Of a stretch of 64,000 bases of DNA, positions 27,643 through 37,157 are shown in pieces. Both the position numbers and the translations under genes were made by a program. Every line of letters begins with the position of its first letter. The stretch's first letter is position 1. The stretch is from a virus (lineage: Duplodnaviria; Caudoviricetes): the IMG/VR virus record IMGVR_UViG_3300025018_000145, positions 7,908 to 71,907 of that record. The stretch is one strand, 5' to 3'. A model generated the notes under the pieces. The model was given only the letters and a program-made list of their open reading frames with translations, was not told the DNA's origin and ran no database searches.

Positions 27643-29697
27643 TTAGAAGTTACCGATGATTTCAGAGAACTCAACACCTGAGCGCACAGCAACAAAGTTC
27701 AATTGAATGTAATTAATTGCTCGCGCAGGCTTAACGTAAATATCACCAACAAACTCGTTACGATCGATGATTTCGCTGGTGTTGTTATTTTCGTCACATA
27801 TAACAGCGAATTCGTAGATACCACGACGGCCTTGCACATCTCTTAAGAACGGCGTTACTAGGTTAACGAATGCGGCTCGAGTGAAATCGTCGTTGAATTC
27901 AAATAGTGTGAACTTGGCCGCGGTTGCAATTGCTTTCTCGAGAACGATGAACAGACGACGCACGTTAATACGATCGAATGCTGATGGCTTCGATAGCAAT
28001 GTCTTATCGCCCATCATGATGATTCCCTGTCCTGGGAAATTGACAATCGGATTAACACCGTTCTTATATAGAACGTCACGATGTGGTTTCTTCGGATTCC
28101 ATGCTAGTTTAACGACATTTCGAATCTGACCACGGTTAAATCCGGCTGGTGAGAACCATGCGTCACGGATATTATCGGTGTATGCGCATAGACCAGCGAT
28201 ATCACCGTTCAACGGTACCCAACGATATACGTCGTTGTACTTGTCGTACATGTACTTGTAACCAGAATCGAGAACAGCATATGAAGTTGATCGTAATGCA
28301 TTTCTAAATTCAATAACGTCATCTTCAACATCGCGTGTATTACCAACGACATCGGCGCGCTGTGGTGATATGAATACAACACAATCCTTTCGATATTCCG
28401 CGATATTATCAATGACATAATTAGGAAGAACATGACCGTGCGCACCACCGATTGATTTACCAGTCATGATTAACGAGATATCGATATCTTCCGATGATTT
28501 AAATTCATCATATGCACGTAATACATCACCAACAACAACAGAATCTTCAGCTGCGGTGTCAGCACCTAATGCAAACGATACGTTATATGGTAGTTCGCCG
28601 GATGACCCAATATTATTTAATGTTGCAGCTAGTGTTGAATATCCAGCAAAGCGATGGTTCGCGAACCAAACAAACTTCGATCCGGTGTTAATTACTTCTG
28701 CATAATAATTTGTACCACCATCTTCTGTCTTAGCATCAGTTGCGCGCGATAGCGCTTCAAATACTTCAATAATCGTTCCAGGTACACCAGTGATTTCACC
28801 ATCTTCGTCAACAACAACAACGTGAAGCTCGTCATTAACTGTGTTACCCATTGTAACTTGATAAGTAGATCGGCCTGGGGCGAGATCGACTAGATTGAAG
28901 AATTCCCACTGACGTACAAAACCAGTTTCTTCCGTTGCAACAAAATCCTCAGCGAGAATGTATCGATCACTGAAACTAATCGTTGCAATTGCGGTGTTTG
29001 TTACACCATCTTGAATCGCACTACCAATCGCGCTAACTTTTAAAAGTTGTTCGCCAACTGTTGAATTGCCAGCGATAACAAAATCGCCAACACTTAATTG
29101 ATTTAGGATTTCGGTTGCGCCAGTTTGAGCAGTATCAAGATCGGTATTTGATGTAACTGATAGTGCTGCTGTATTTGTGCCAACCATGAATGCTAATTCG
29201 AAACTTAAGTCAGCATTATTAGCTACATTAACAGTGCTCTTAAATGCATCTACTGTATCGCATACAGAAATACGCAATGAATTACCAATTGCGCCTGGAT
29301 ACTTTGCCACCCATTCGACATCTGCATCAAATGATGTGATAGTGTCATAGTGATCTTCGTTCTTAACAACCGATTCAAGTGCAGTATTTGCATCAATAAA
29401 ACCAGATGCTGATGCTAATGCATTAAATGATACATTTGATGTAAAAGCACGACTGACATATAGCGAATCGCTATATGATAAGAAACTCGCCGCGGTCATA
29501 AATGTTTCAGCGTTTAAATTTGTTGGGCGGCCGTAACGAGAAACTAACTCGTTTTCATTAGTGATTAATGTAGCTTTTTCAACTGGGCCCCAACGAAACA
29601 CACCACCGATTGCACCAATCGTCGTTGCAACTGCAGGAATTACAGTCGTTAGATCAATTTCTGATACATTAACACCTGGACTAATTTGAAATGCCAT
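27643..29697 (-). CDS. gp18: tail sheath protein gp18
   Basis: SPGVNVSEIDLT, WFSPAGFNRG and SAFDRINVRRLF. Confidence 0.99.
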   Translation of the reverse strand: MAFQISPGVNVSEIDLTTVIPAVATTIGAIGGVFRWGPVEKATLITNENELVSRYGRPTNLNAETFMTAASFLSYSDSLYVSRAFTSNVSFNALASASGFIDANTALESVVKNEDHYDTITSFDADVEWVAKYPGAIGNSLRISVCDTVDAFKSTVNVANNADLSFELAFMVGTNTAALSVTSNTDLDTAQTGATEILNQLSVGDFVIAGNSTVGEQLLKVSAIGSAIQDGVTNTAIATISFSDRYILAEDFVATEETGFVRQWEFFNLVDLAPGRSTYQVTMGNTVNDELHVVVVDEDGEITGVPGTIIEVFEALSRATDAKTEDGGTNYYAEVINTGSKFVWFANHRFAGYSTLAATLNNIGSSGELPYNVSFALGADTAAEDSVVVGDVLRAYDEFKSSEDIDISLIMTGKSIGGAHGHVLPNYVIDNIAEYRKDCVVFISPQRADVVGNTRDVEDDVIEFRNALRSTSYAVLDSGYKYMYDKYNDVYRWVPLNGDIAGLCAYTDNIRDAWFSPAGFNRGQIRNVVKLAWNPKKPHRDVLYKNGVNPIVNFPGQGIIMMGDKTLLSKPSAFDRINVRRLFIVLEKAIATAAKFTLFEFNDDFTRAAFVNLVTPFLRDVQGRRGIYEFAVICDENNNTSEIIDRNEFVGDIYVKPARAINYIQLNFVAVRSGVEFSEIIGNF

Positions 29698-29744
29698 ATC
29701 TATCTTCTCCTTGTATACATGGATATTGTACCACTTATATCATA

Positions 29745-29752
29745 TATTTATA
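29745..29752 (-). promoter_or_regulatory. T4-type late promoter for gp18
   Basis: Exact TATAAATA upstream of gp18. Confidence 0.8.
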
Positions 29753-29764
29753 ATTATGCGTGTT

Positions 29765-31441
29765 TTAGAAGAATAAAAACGAGTCGTCTTTCGATGACTT
29801 GGGTATTTCTTCTTCATGATACTCATGACCATCTGATACAATGCCAAATGGAATAAGTTGTTCTAACATCTGTTCTTCTGTATAGTCACGCAAATTCTCT
29901 AATGTATAAATGTCAGTTAATTCACGAAAGAATTTCTGATCAGATAACCATGCAAATAATACTAATCCCATAGCCAAATCATCGTTACACCCAGACTCTG
30001 CTTCATATGAAATACCTTTACGGCTGAATGTAGATAACTCTTTAATTGTGTTCAAATCATATAAAATCAATTGCTTCTGCTCAATCAATAATTTTAGCAT
30101 AGAACAACCACGTGCTTTTACTGTTTTCGTAGTTCGTACACCTTTATCACTTTCTCCAGAAAAACCCATAATAAGTTTTTTACCAGATCGACCATTATTT
30201 GACGTGAATAGCATATTCTCATATTCATAATCATGATACAAATGTGTTGCGACTTGCTCACCATTATCATTGATCTCAACTAAAACGCTAGCCTCGTTGT
30301 AATGTTTTGCCAAAGTAAACATCATTGATGCATAATCTACTGGCGTTATTAAATTGTCGCGAAATACGCATACTTGTTTATATGGCATTTTCGTAACATC
30401 GATAATATGAAATGCCGAATAGTCTAATCCCTTTCCACGGGATACGTCGGCGATCATTACATACGAATGACCATTTATTGGATTTGCATATACATTAATA
30501 TTCTTATCGCGAACTAACGGTTCGATGAATGTCAATTCTTTTAGTGCGCTACCACTAATAAGTGTACCAGAGCTACCCGCGAATTCGCAACAATATTCAA
30601 CATTAAATGCATCATAATCAAAATCCATAGCTTCAAGTGTTTCTTTCTTCCATGATTGCCCGCGGCCTGGAACACGATCCCATGTTACTTCAACAATTTC
30701 ATAACCGTTCCAATCATCGGTTCCTTTCTTCTTCGCATTCGTAACAGTTTTATAGAAATGATTCAATCCATTTGGTGTTGAGGTTAACAGAATTTTTGTT
30801 GTATCACCCGACGATATTGTTGGGTATACTGATCGGAAGAATTCATCCCAGTTTTCAACATAAGCCGCTTCGTCGATGTATAATAATGCAATCGATTTAC
30901 CACGAATCGATGTTGATGTTGTCGCCGCGGCAATAATTTTTGATCCATTTTCTAATTCAACAGTACCTTTATTCCATTCTATAACACCTTGTTGCATCCA
31001 CTTCGGTAACGCTTCATACGCGTCCTTAATTCTTTCGAGAATTTCTCGTGCCGCGGCACCATCATTCGCGAGTAATGCCACGCGTTTATGATTATTGAAT
31101 ATGACAAAATGAACAATTAAACACATAGCTGTCGTTGTCTTACCGGCCTGTCGACTCGTAACCACGACTACTTTACGATTGTTCGATACCTTTTCAACAA
31201 TTTCTTCTTGATAGTCATACGGCTCAATCGGAATAAAACCACGATCAACATGAACCACGTAGATGTAATTTCTTATGAAATACCCAGGATCATACTTACA
31301 CTTTATATACTCGGCCGCCATCTCTTCAGTCCATTCAATATGGACACCACGACGTTTGATGTTTTCATTTCCTAAATACGAACGATAATCCTCGATGCGC
31401 GTCTCAGATATCTGATCCTTATCATTTTCTCGCATTCTCAA
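29765..31441 (-). CDS. gp17: terminase large subunit gp17
   Basis: SRQAGKTT, YIDEAA, TSTPNG, DVSRGKGLDYS and DDLAM; no intein. Confidence 0.99.
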   Translation of the reverse strand: MRMRENDKDQISETRIEDYRSYLGNENIKRRGVHIEWTEEMAAEYIKCKYDPGYFIRNYIYVVHVDRGFIPIEPYDYQEEIVEKVSNNRKVVVVTSRQAGKTTTAMCLIVHFVIFNNHKRVALLANDGAAAREILERIKDAYEALPKWMQQGVIEWNKGTVELENGSKIIAAATTSTSIRGKSIALLYIDEAAYVENWDEFFRSVYPTISSGDTTKILLTSTPNGLNHFYKTVTNAKKKGTDDWNGYEIVEVTWDRVPGRGQSWKKETLEAMDFDYDAFNVEYCCEFAGSSGTLISGSALKELTFIEPLVRDKNINVYANPINGHSYVMIADVSRGKGLDYSAFHIIDVTKMPYKQVCVFRDNLITPVDYASMMFTLAKHYNEASVLVEINDNGEQVATHLYHDYEYENMLFTSNNGRSGKKLIMGFSGESDKGVRTTKTVKARGCSMLKLLIEQKQLILYDLNTIKELSTFSRKGISYEAESGCNDDLAMGLVLFAWLSDQKFFRELTDIYTLENLRDYTEEQMLEQLIPFGIVSDGHEYHEEEIPKSSKDDSFLFF

Positions 31442-31838
31442 TCATCTCCAATAATTGTGATGTAGAACCGACAAATAGGTTATTATTCACTACACCTTTA
31501 TCGATATCATCTCTCTTTTCGCGAATAATGTCTTTCTTCTGTTTATGTAATTCAACGAGATCGCGATTTGCCTCTACCATTTGCTTTAAGAAAGTACCAA
31601 GTATTTCGTATGCACGTGGATTCTGTGATTGATCTGCTAGACGCGAAACCTCAGCGGCAGCATCATTTCCTATGTCGATTAAATTACGTAGATTGCTTCG
31701 CGCGAACTCGATATCATCACGTGCAACTTTGTCAATCTCTTCAGTTTTTTTCGTCGGCGTGGCATCTCTGCATTCTTCGTTGACGATTTCGCCATCGACA
31801 ACAATACCTAACGATGACGCAATACTATCATTCTTCAT
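31422..31838 (-). CDS. gp16: terminase small subunit gp16
   Basis: DDIEFARSNL, PRAYE and NNNLFVGSTSQL. Confidence 0.93.
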   Translation of the reverse strand: MKNDSIASSLGIVVDGEIVNEECRDATPTKKTEEIDKVARDDIEFARSNLRNLIDIGNDAAAEVSRLADQSQNPRAYEILGTFLKQMVEANRDLVELHKQKKDIIREKRDDIDKGVVNNNLFVGSTSQLLEMIENARK

Positions 31839-32673
31839 TTGGCGGACTCTCTATCTTAATAATGTAATCAAATGGATCTGTTGATTTAATCAATGAACGA
31901 TCGATTGTATTATTTACATCAGTCGTCGGATAGCCATTACTATCTAATCCTGGTGTAATCGTTATACGAGTTGCCGCTTCCTGCGAATCGTCACCAATAC
32001 CATCGAATATGGTATAATCATATATGTTCGTGTTCGCGAGCTTAATAACAGATTGATCTCGAACAGGCCCAAAGAAGTATCCTTTCATCGTAAACGACAA
32101 CGTCCAAATCAATGATCGTCGTTCGTCAAATGATCCTTCATATACATCTTCTTGATTGATCGTCGTTAGAATGATTGGTATATCAAGAATAACAGATGGA
32201 TCTTGAATAAGCTCAACAGTTACATTCCATTCTGGTGTGAAGTATGGAAGTATCTGTTCGATTATACGTGTCCCATCAGATGTATTCTTGACGAAAATCG
32301 ATAAATCGAAGTTGATGTTATACGGAACAGGAGTGTATAAGAAACTTCGTTTATCTTGGTTTGCTGTGTCGTTTTTAATGAATCGATTTGTAGTTGTCAT
32401 CTTACGCATCGGATCATAATCAAAGCTCATAATCTCAAATCCCATACGTGGTAACGAGACGGCGAACGGCTGTTTTAACGGATCTTTATTTTCCTCAATT
32501 CCATTTATACGCGCAAGAAGCTTTTCGCGCGGACTATATGATAGTGGTACTTTCTGAGAATTGATTACATTGTCGTTTACATCTGGGCGATTAATCCAAA
32601 TATCATTAAATAAAGTACCAAATAGAATGACATACTTTTCGAGTAATCCATGATAATAGGTTTTACCAAACAT
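31828..32673 (-). CDS. gp15: tail sheath stabiliser gp15
   Basis: FGTLFNDI, KVPLSYSPREK, LPRMGFE and EQILPYFTP. Confidence 0.97.
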   Translation of the reverse strand: MFGKTYYHGLLEKYVILFGTLFNDIWINRPDVNDNVINSQKVPLSYSPREKLLARINGIEENKDPLKQPFAVSLPRMGFEIMSFDYDPMRKMTTTNRFIKNDTANQDKRSFLYTPVPYNINFDLSIFVKNTSDGTRIIEQILPYFTPEWNVTVELIQDPSVILDIPIILTTINQEDVYEGSFDERRSLIWTLSFTMKGYFFGPVRDQSVIKLANTNIYDYTIFDGIGDDSQEAATRITITPGLDSNGYPTTDVNNTIDRSLIKSTDPFDYIIKIESPPNEE

Positions 32674-32681
32674 ATATTTCC

Positions 32682-33410
32682 TTAGTATGTATCATTTTCT
32701 TGAAACGGATTACGCTCTGACCAATCGATAATCCCGTTTGCACGTGATTCGAAGTTATCATTATCCGCAAACATATCATTATCGAAATAGTTATTTGCAA
32801 TTGTAGTCGGTCGACCAGTATTAGCATCAATAATCACATGACCATTTGCATCAAGCGAAAGTGGATCAACGCCAACATTTGTTGAATAGTCTTCTTCTAT
32901 TGCATCAATTTCAGCTACACCAGTATTCAACGATTCATTTGAGTATTCGAATAATTCGCATCGTAAATCGTATGTTTGTAGTTTACCCGTCTGATAAAAT
33001 GTCGGTTCATGTTCAACAAACTTAACAACATATATCTTCTTCGTTAAAGGAAAATAAATGATATCGCCTTCTTGCGGACGCGTCATCGTTTCGGGTGTAC
33101 CAACGATTTGTCCAAAAATCTTTTGTGCAACCGTGAAAGTAATTTCATCGCGAATTTGTATATTGAACTTCGATAAAAAGTCACCCTCACCTTCAAAGCC
33201 TTCAATATTCTTAACATACATTTCAATCGTATATGCACTATCATAAGAAGACACAGCATCTTCATTGAATGTCTCGTTACGATTTACAATCGTTCTTGGG
33301 CAATATTGAACATCTATACCATACATACGAATTGATTCGATGATTAATGATTCAATTAGATCTTGTTCACCGGAATATTCGTAGTTATTAAAATATGAAT
33401 TCGTAGCCAT
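32682..33410 (-). CDS. gp14: neck protein gp14
   Basis: EQDLIESLIIESI, GFEGEGDFLSKF and FYQTGK. Confidence 0.97.
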   Translation of the reverse strand: MATNSYFNNYEYSGEQDLIESLIIESIRMYGIDVQYCPRTIVNRNETFNEDAVSSYDSAYTIEMYVKNIEGFEGEGDFLSKFNIQIRDEITFTVAQKIFGQIVGTPETMTRPQEGDIIYFPLTKKIYVVKFVEHEPTFYQTGKLQTYDLRCELFEYSNESLNTGVAEIDAIEEDYSTNVGVDPLSLDANGHVIIDANTGRPTTIANNYFDNDMFADNDNFESRANGIIDWSERNPFQENDTY

Positions 33411-33427
33411 TTATTTGCATTTGCCTA

Positions 33428-33456
33428 TTGACATATATTATGTAAGATGATATAAT
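33428..33456 (+). promoter_or_regulatory. sigma70-type promoter oriented antisense to the late operon
   Basis: CCTA-TTGACA-17 bp-TATAAT, a perfect consensus; no + strand ORF follows. Confidence 0.75.
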
Positions 33457-33545
33457 AATTCTGTGGACAATCATAATTGTTTAATTCAATTAAAGGTCTA
33501 ATAGTGTATTTATTTCGACAATGTAAAAGATTCAATTTGTGTAGA

Positions 33546-34292
33546 TCACCCGATCATATCTAAAACAGGAATTGAATAATTGTTGATCATTTCATCTTCT
33601 AATCGACGTATTTCTTCAACTGCATCATCGTATATTTTATTACCATTGAATTGAATTCCACCAGGTAACTGTAATCCTTCGAACTTAGTTAAATTGCTTC
33701 CCCATTGTTTTTTGATCTGCTGTGTTACATAGCTTTGTAACCAACGATCAGCCCATACATCAGTCCAGATTTCCGGATCAACGATTTCATATGCATGAAC
33801 AATGATCCATTGTCCTTCTACTAATTTTTGCCTATCGATATCTAGATATAATCGATTTCGATGGCGATTATATCGTATAGGAGTTTTCCCGACTAGTAGT
33901 TCTTGAATTAAACCCAGGTGCTCCATTGATTGGTAATAACCGATTAGGTTAACGTTCGTTAGAGTGAAAATATCATTAAGAGCGATCTGATATCGTACAT
34001 TAAACAAATTACCACCGGACGACGAATATGAATCACTAATATCGAATATTCGCACAGCACCAATAATATTCTCTGGCAACTCAAAATAACTATTAGTGAT
34101 TAAATCGGCATCGATCTGTTTCTTATAGAAAACAGTCTCGGTACCATCGAAATGATAATCCCAATAATACCGCAGTGCTTGATCTAGACGATCGTCAACT
34201 TGATCGTCGGATACGTTTATATCTATCACCGGTTTGCCTAGTGCTCTTAAGCAAAATTCTTTAAACTCTGCTCTCGTTGTTGGTTGTGCCAT
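33546..34292 (-). CDS. gp13: neck protein gp13
   Basis: CLRALGKPVIDINV.DDQ.DDR, KKQWGSNL.KF.G.QLPGG. Confidence 0.97.
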   Translation of the reverse strand: MAQPTTRAEFKEFCLRALGKPVIDINVSDDQVDDRLDQALRYYWDYHFDGTETVFYKKQIDADLITNSYFELPENIIGAVRIFDISDSYSSSGGNLFNVRYQIALNDIFTLTNVNLIGYYQSMEHLGLIQELLVGKTPIRYNRHRNRLYLDIDRQKLVEGQWIIVHAYEIVDPEIWTDVWADRWLQSYVTQQIKKQWGSNLTKFEGLQLPGGIQFNGNKIYDDAVEEIRRLEDEMINNYSIPVLDMIG

Positions 34293-34306
34293 ATACTATT
34301 CCTCTT

Positions 34307-35017
34307 TTATGCCGCGGCTGGAATATAAACCATTAATCCAACACTATTACCTGATGTATTCCATGTAACTGTTGCGTTATGCGCAACATCGTTGATATCG
34401 TGTATCTTTTCCCAACATCGAGCTCGATAAACATTGGATGCATTGAATAGCGTCGGTGTCGTGATATATGAATCGCTTATACTTGAAATACTGTTATTAT
34501 TCTTTGTATGTATTACTAGACTCATATCACCGTTGCTAATATTAAATGTTGATTCTGGTATAATTTGTGATGTAATACTCGTTTGTATTGGTCTAGCTAA
34601 CACCGCGATGTTTGTATGATTTACATTGTCAAGGCGATATCCACGGACAGATATAAGTCCAGCAGTTGCAGCGTCAGAATACCAAAACTCACGAGAAGCA
34701 GATTCAAGTGTACCAGCTGTCTTTGAATATACATCGCATCCACCTTGCGCATATAATCCGGCAGTAGATGTTGTGTAACTACCTTCAAGAGTTAATCCTG
34801 TTGTTTCGCTTGACGAACCGATCAAATTAACATGCTCTCGATATACAACATAAATGATCGTCTCTCCTGGCGCGGGTACTGACGAAAATGTTAATGAAAC
34901 TGTTTTTGTTGGCGTAGTAACAACATCAGATCGAACTGTGACGGCTTCTAGAATCTCAACGCCGCTAATCTGCGGTGTTGATGATTGGCTGACTACACCA
35001 TATAGAAGATTCATCAT
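34307..35017 (-). CDS. beta-rich virion/fibre-associated hypothetical protein
   Basis: Ser/Thr-rich; coupled to the upstream fibre gene. Confidence 0.6.
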   Translation of the reverse strand: MMNLLYGVVSQSSTPQISGVEILEAVTVRSDVVTTPTKTVSLTFSSVPAPGETIIYVVYREHVNLIGSSSETTGLTLEGSYTTSTAGLYAQGGCDVYSKTAGTLESASREFWYSDAATAGLISVRGYRLDNVNHTNIAVLARPIQTSITSQIIPESTFNISNGDMSLVIHTKNNNSISSISDSYITTPTLFNASNVYRARCWEKIHDINDVAHNATVTWNTSGNSVGLMVYIPAAA

Positions 35018-36045
35018 GCGCCTAGGTCACCGAATACAAACCAGACATTACTCGCGACACAAACTGCTGTGGCTGCGGTCTTATCGGTTGCAATCACTGG
35101 TGTTGAACCCTGACTACTTATAACGGTAACACCAGTGTTACCAATGAAAGTAACCGTCCCTGCACCATTTCGTATAAATGATGCCTGTGATCCAACTGGT
35201 TGCCCTGTTTCAAAACTAAATGTTCGTGTATTGCCGAATGTCGGTGTTGCATAATATATTACGCCACCGCGTGGTGTTGGTAATACATTTTCATACACCG
35301 AAGTTGTGCCTGTCGCTGTACCAACGCTAACGACATTCGCAATAGTCATCATTGTGTTGTATAATATTCCGCCGTCTTCATTGTAATCTTCTAATGTTAG
35401 CGCACGATATACTCCGATTGTTAAGTTGTTACTAACATACAGACCATCTACGCTTAAGAAACCAGTGATAGAAGCATCACCATCGACTTCTAGGTCGCTT
35501 GATGGAAACACTGTACCAACACCAATGCGGCGGTTTGTTGTATCTACAAATAACGTGCTGTTCGCAAAATTTACATTACTACCTAGTGAATTTGCAGATG
35601 CACCACGAATCGTCATACTATTTGATGACGCGTCTAATTTAATTGTCACACCTGGCGAATCAGCAGTGCCGAACTTAACAGCGACATCATTCCAAAAACG
35701 AACGACGCTCGATGGTTTTACTGTTAAGTTCGATCCGTCGAAAATGACCGAACCGTTTGAGGTAATGGTCAATACACCAGACGAATACGAATCACTTACA
35801 TTAGATCTTAAAAAAGCTGACGGTGGCAATCCATCTAATGTATTCGCAGAATCGGCCGCAATATCAGTTAAGTCTGCACCAGAGCCAATAAATACATTTG
35901 CTTGTATTGTGCCGCTTGCATGAATACTAATGCAATTAATTTGTGACGAAAATACAGTATTACCAGCAACTGTTAATTTACCATCGAATATACTGTCATT
36001 ACCAACTAATAAACCGTCAATTGCTTCGAATTTTTTATCAGCCAT
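35014..36045 (-). CDS. tail fibre-like protein
   Basis: ADTLDG-type motif (ANTLDGLPPSAFLRS), RIGVGT..P motif and a C-terminal GAGTVTF...W.VFGDL domain typical of phage fibres. Confidence 0.7.
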   Translation of the reverse strand: MADKKFEAIDGLLVGNDSIFDGKLTVAGNTVFSSQINCISIHASGTIQANVFIGSGADLTDIAADSANTLDGLPPSAFLRSNVSDSYSSGVLTITSNGSVIFDGSNLTVKPSSVVRFWNDVAVKFGTADSPGVTIKLDASSNSMTIRGASANSLGSNVNFANSTLFVDTTNRRIGVGTVFPSSDLEVDGDASITGFLSVDGLYVSNNLTIGVYRALTLEDYNEDGGILYNTMMTIANVVSVGTATGTTSVYENVLPTPRGGVIYYATPTFGNTRTFSFETGQPVGSQASFIRNGAGTVTFIGNTGVTVISSQGSTPVIATDKTAATAVCVASNVWFVFGDLGA

Positions 36046-36051
36046 GGATTT

Positions 36052-36960
36052 TTACCTTGTCTCGATACGAACGATGTTGAATATATGTACATTTGTTGAA
36101 TTTGCATCAGGGCACATCGCGATCAATTCGACGTTTGCACCATTAATCGTTGGTGTTAATGTACACGGGAATAGATTACTCACCTCAGCAAAACGTGTGT
36201 AGAATACGTCAGTTCCATTATGTGAACACATAATTTCAATTGCGTATGCACTATTTGCATCCGCGTTTTCGCCGTGAACAATATACTTAAATCCCTTTGA
36301 TGACGCCGCCGTGAATTGATCGATCACGGTTGGCGCTGATGTGTTCGCCGATCCATCTAAACCAATTAACGCAGCTTGGCCAGTAACTAAACTAGACACT
36401 TCGAGGTTTGCTATACTGGCCGTCCCAGTTACGACTAAATCCACGAATTCTGTTGTACCAGAAATTGTTAAGCCGCCGCCGATATTAGTATTACCAGTGA
36501 CATTTAAATTGTTTGCATCAATATTCTCGACTGCGATTGTATTCGATACATCGAGTTCTGTGAATGCAGCATTCCATCTAAATGTAGTGTTGCCTAAAAG
36601 ATTACCATCTGTCGGTGGTATTAAGTTAACATAATTATTAGGTGTTAATACATAGATCAGATCACCATTTACTGTTAAATCTGTATTACACACTACATCA
36701 TCGTTAAATTGTGCATCAGTCCCGATAACGATTGTAGAATTTGAACCGAACGTCCCGCCACGTAAAATTGTTGCAACTACAAATGTATTTGCAACGATCG
36801 TACCGTTGATAATAGCATTGCCGTCGGTGCTAGCACCTGACGCGTTTGCGGTGACAACATCATTACGTAACAATGTTATAATTTCGTTCGTCTTATTTAA
36901 CCAATCACTAAATGTATTTGTGTTTGCATTGAGTAACGAAAAGCCTGATCCTAATGACAT
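36052..36960 (-). CDS. baseplate-attached fibre/structural protein
   Basis: NTFSDWLNKTN N-terminus, beta-helical Asn/Thr repeats and a KYIV...EIMCSH C-terminal domain seen in marine T4-like structural proteins. Confidence 0.65.
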   Translation of the reverse strand: MSLGSGFSLLNANTNTFSDWLNKTNEIITLLRNDVVTANASGASTDGNAIINGTIVANTFVVATILRGGTFGSNSTIVIGTDAQFNDDVVCNTDLTVNGDLIYVLTPNNYVNLIPPTDGNLLGNTTFRWNAAFTELDVSNTIAVENIDANNLNVTGNTNIGGGLTISGTTEFVDLVVTGTASIANLEVSSLVTGQAALIGLDGSANTSAPTVIDQFTAASSKGFKYIVHGENADANSAYAIEIMCSHNGTDVFYTRFAEVSNLFPCTLTPTINGANVELIAMCPDANSTNVHIFNIVRIETR

Positions 36961-36962
36961 TG

Positions 36963-37157
36963 TTAGATTTCCTTACTTATATTGTGAGTGCAGCAATCTT
37001 TACAGAAAGATAACAACCAATCAATTTTTTTATCGATTCTTTCCAAGCTATTAACAATCTCCTTTTTCTGAACGATATTGCTACGCTCAGCTACATATTT
37101 AGCAAATTCTGATGTGTTGTCGTTGACGACCATTCCTTCTTCATTTTTTCGAATCAT
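36963..37157 (-). CDS. small coiled-coil hypothetical protein
   Basis: 64 aa; coupled to the upstream gene. Confidence 0.6.
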   Translation of the reverse strand: MIRKNEEGMVVNDNTSEFAKYVAERSNIVQKKEIVNSLERIDKKIDWLLSFCKDCCTHNISKEI

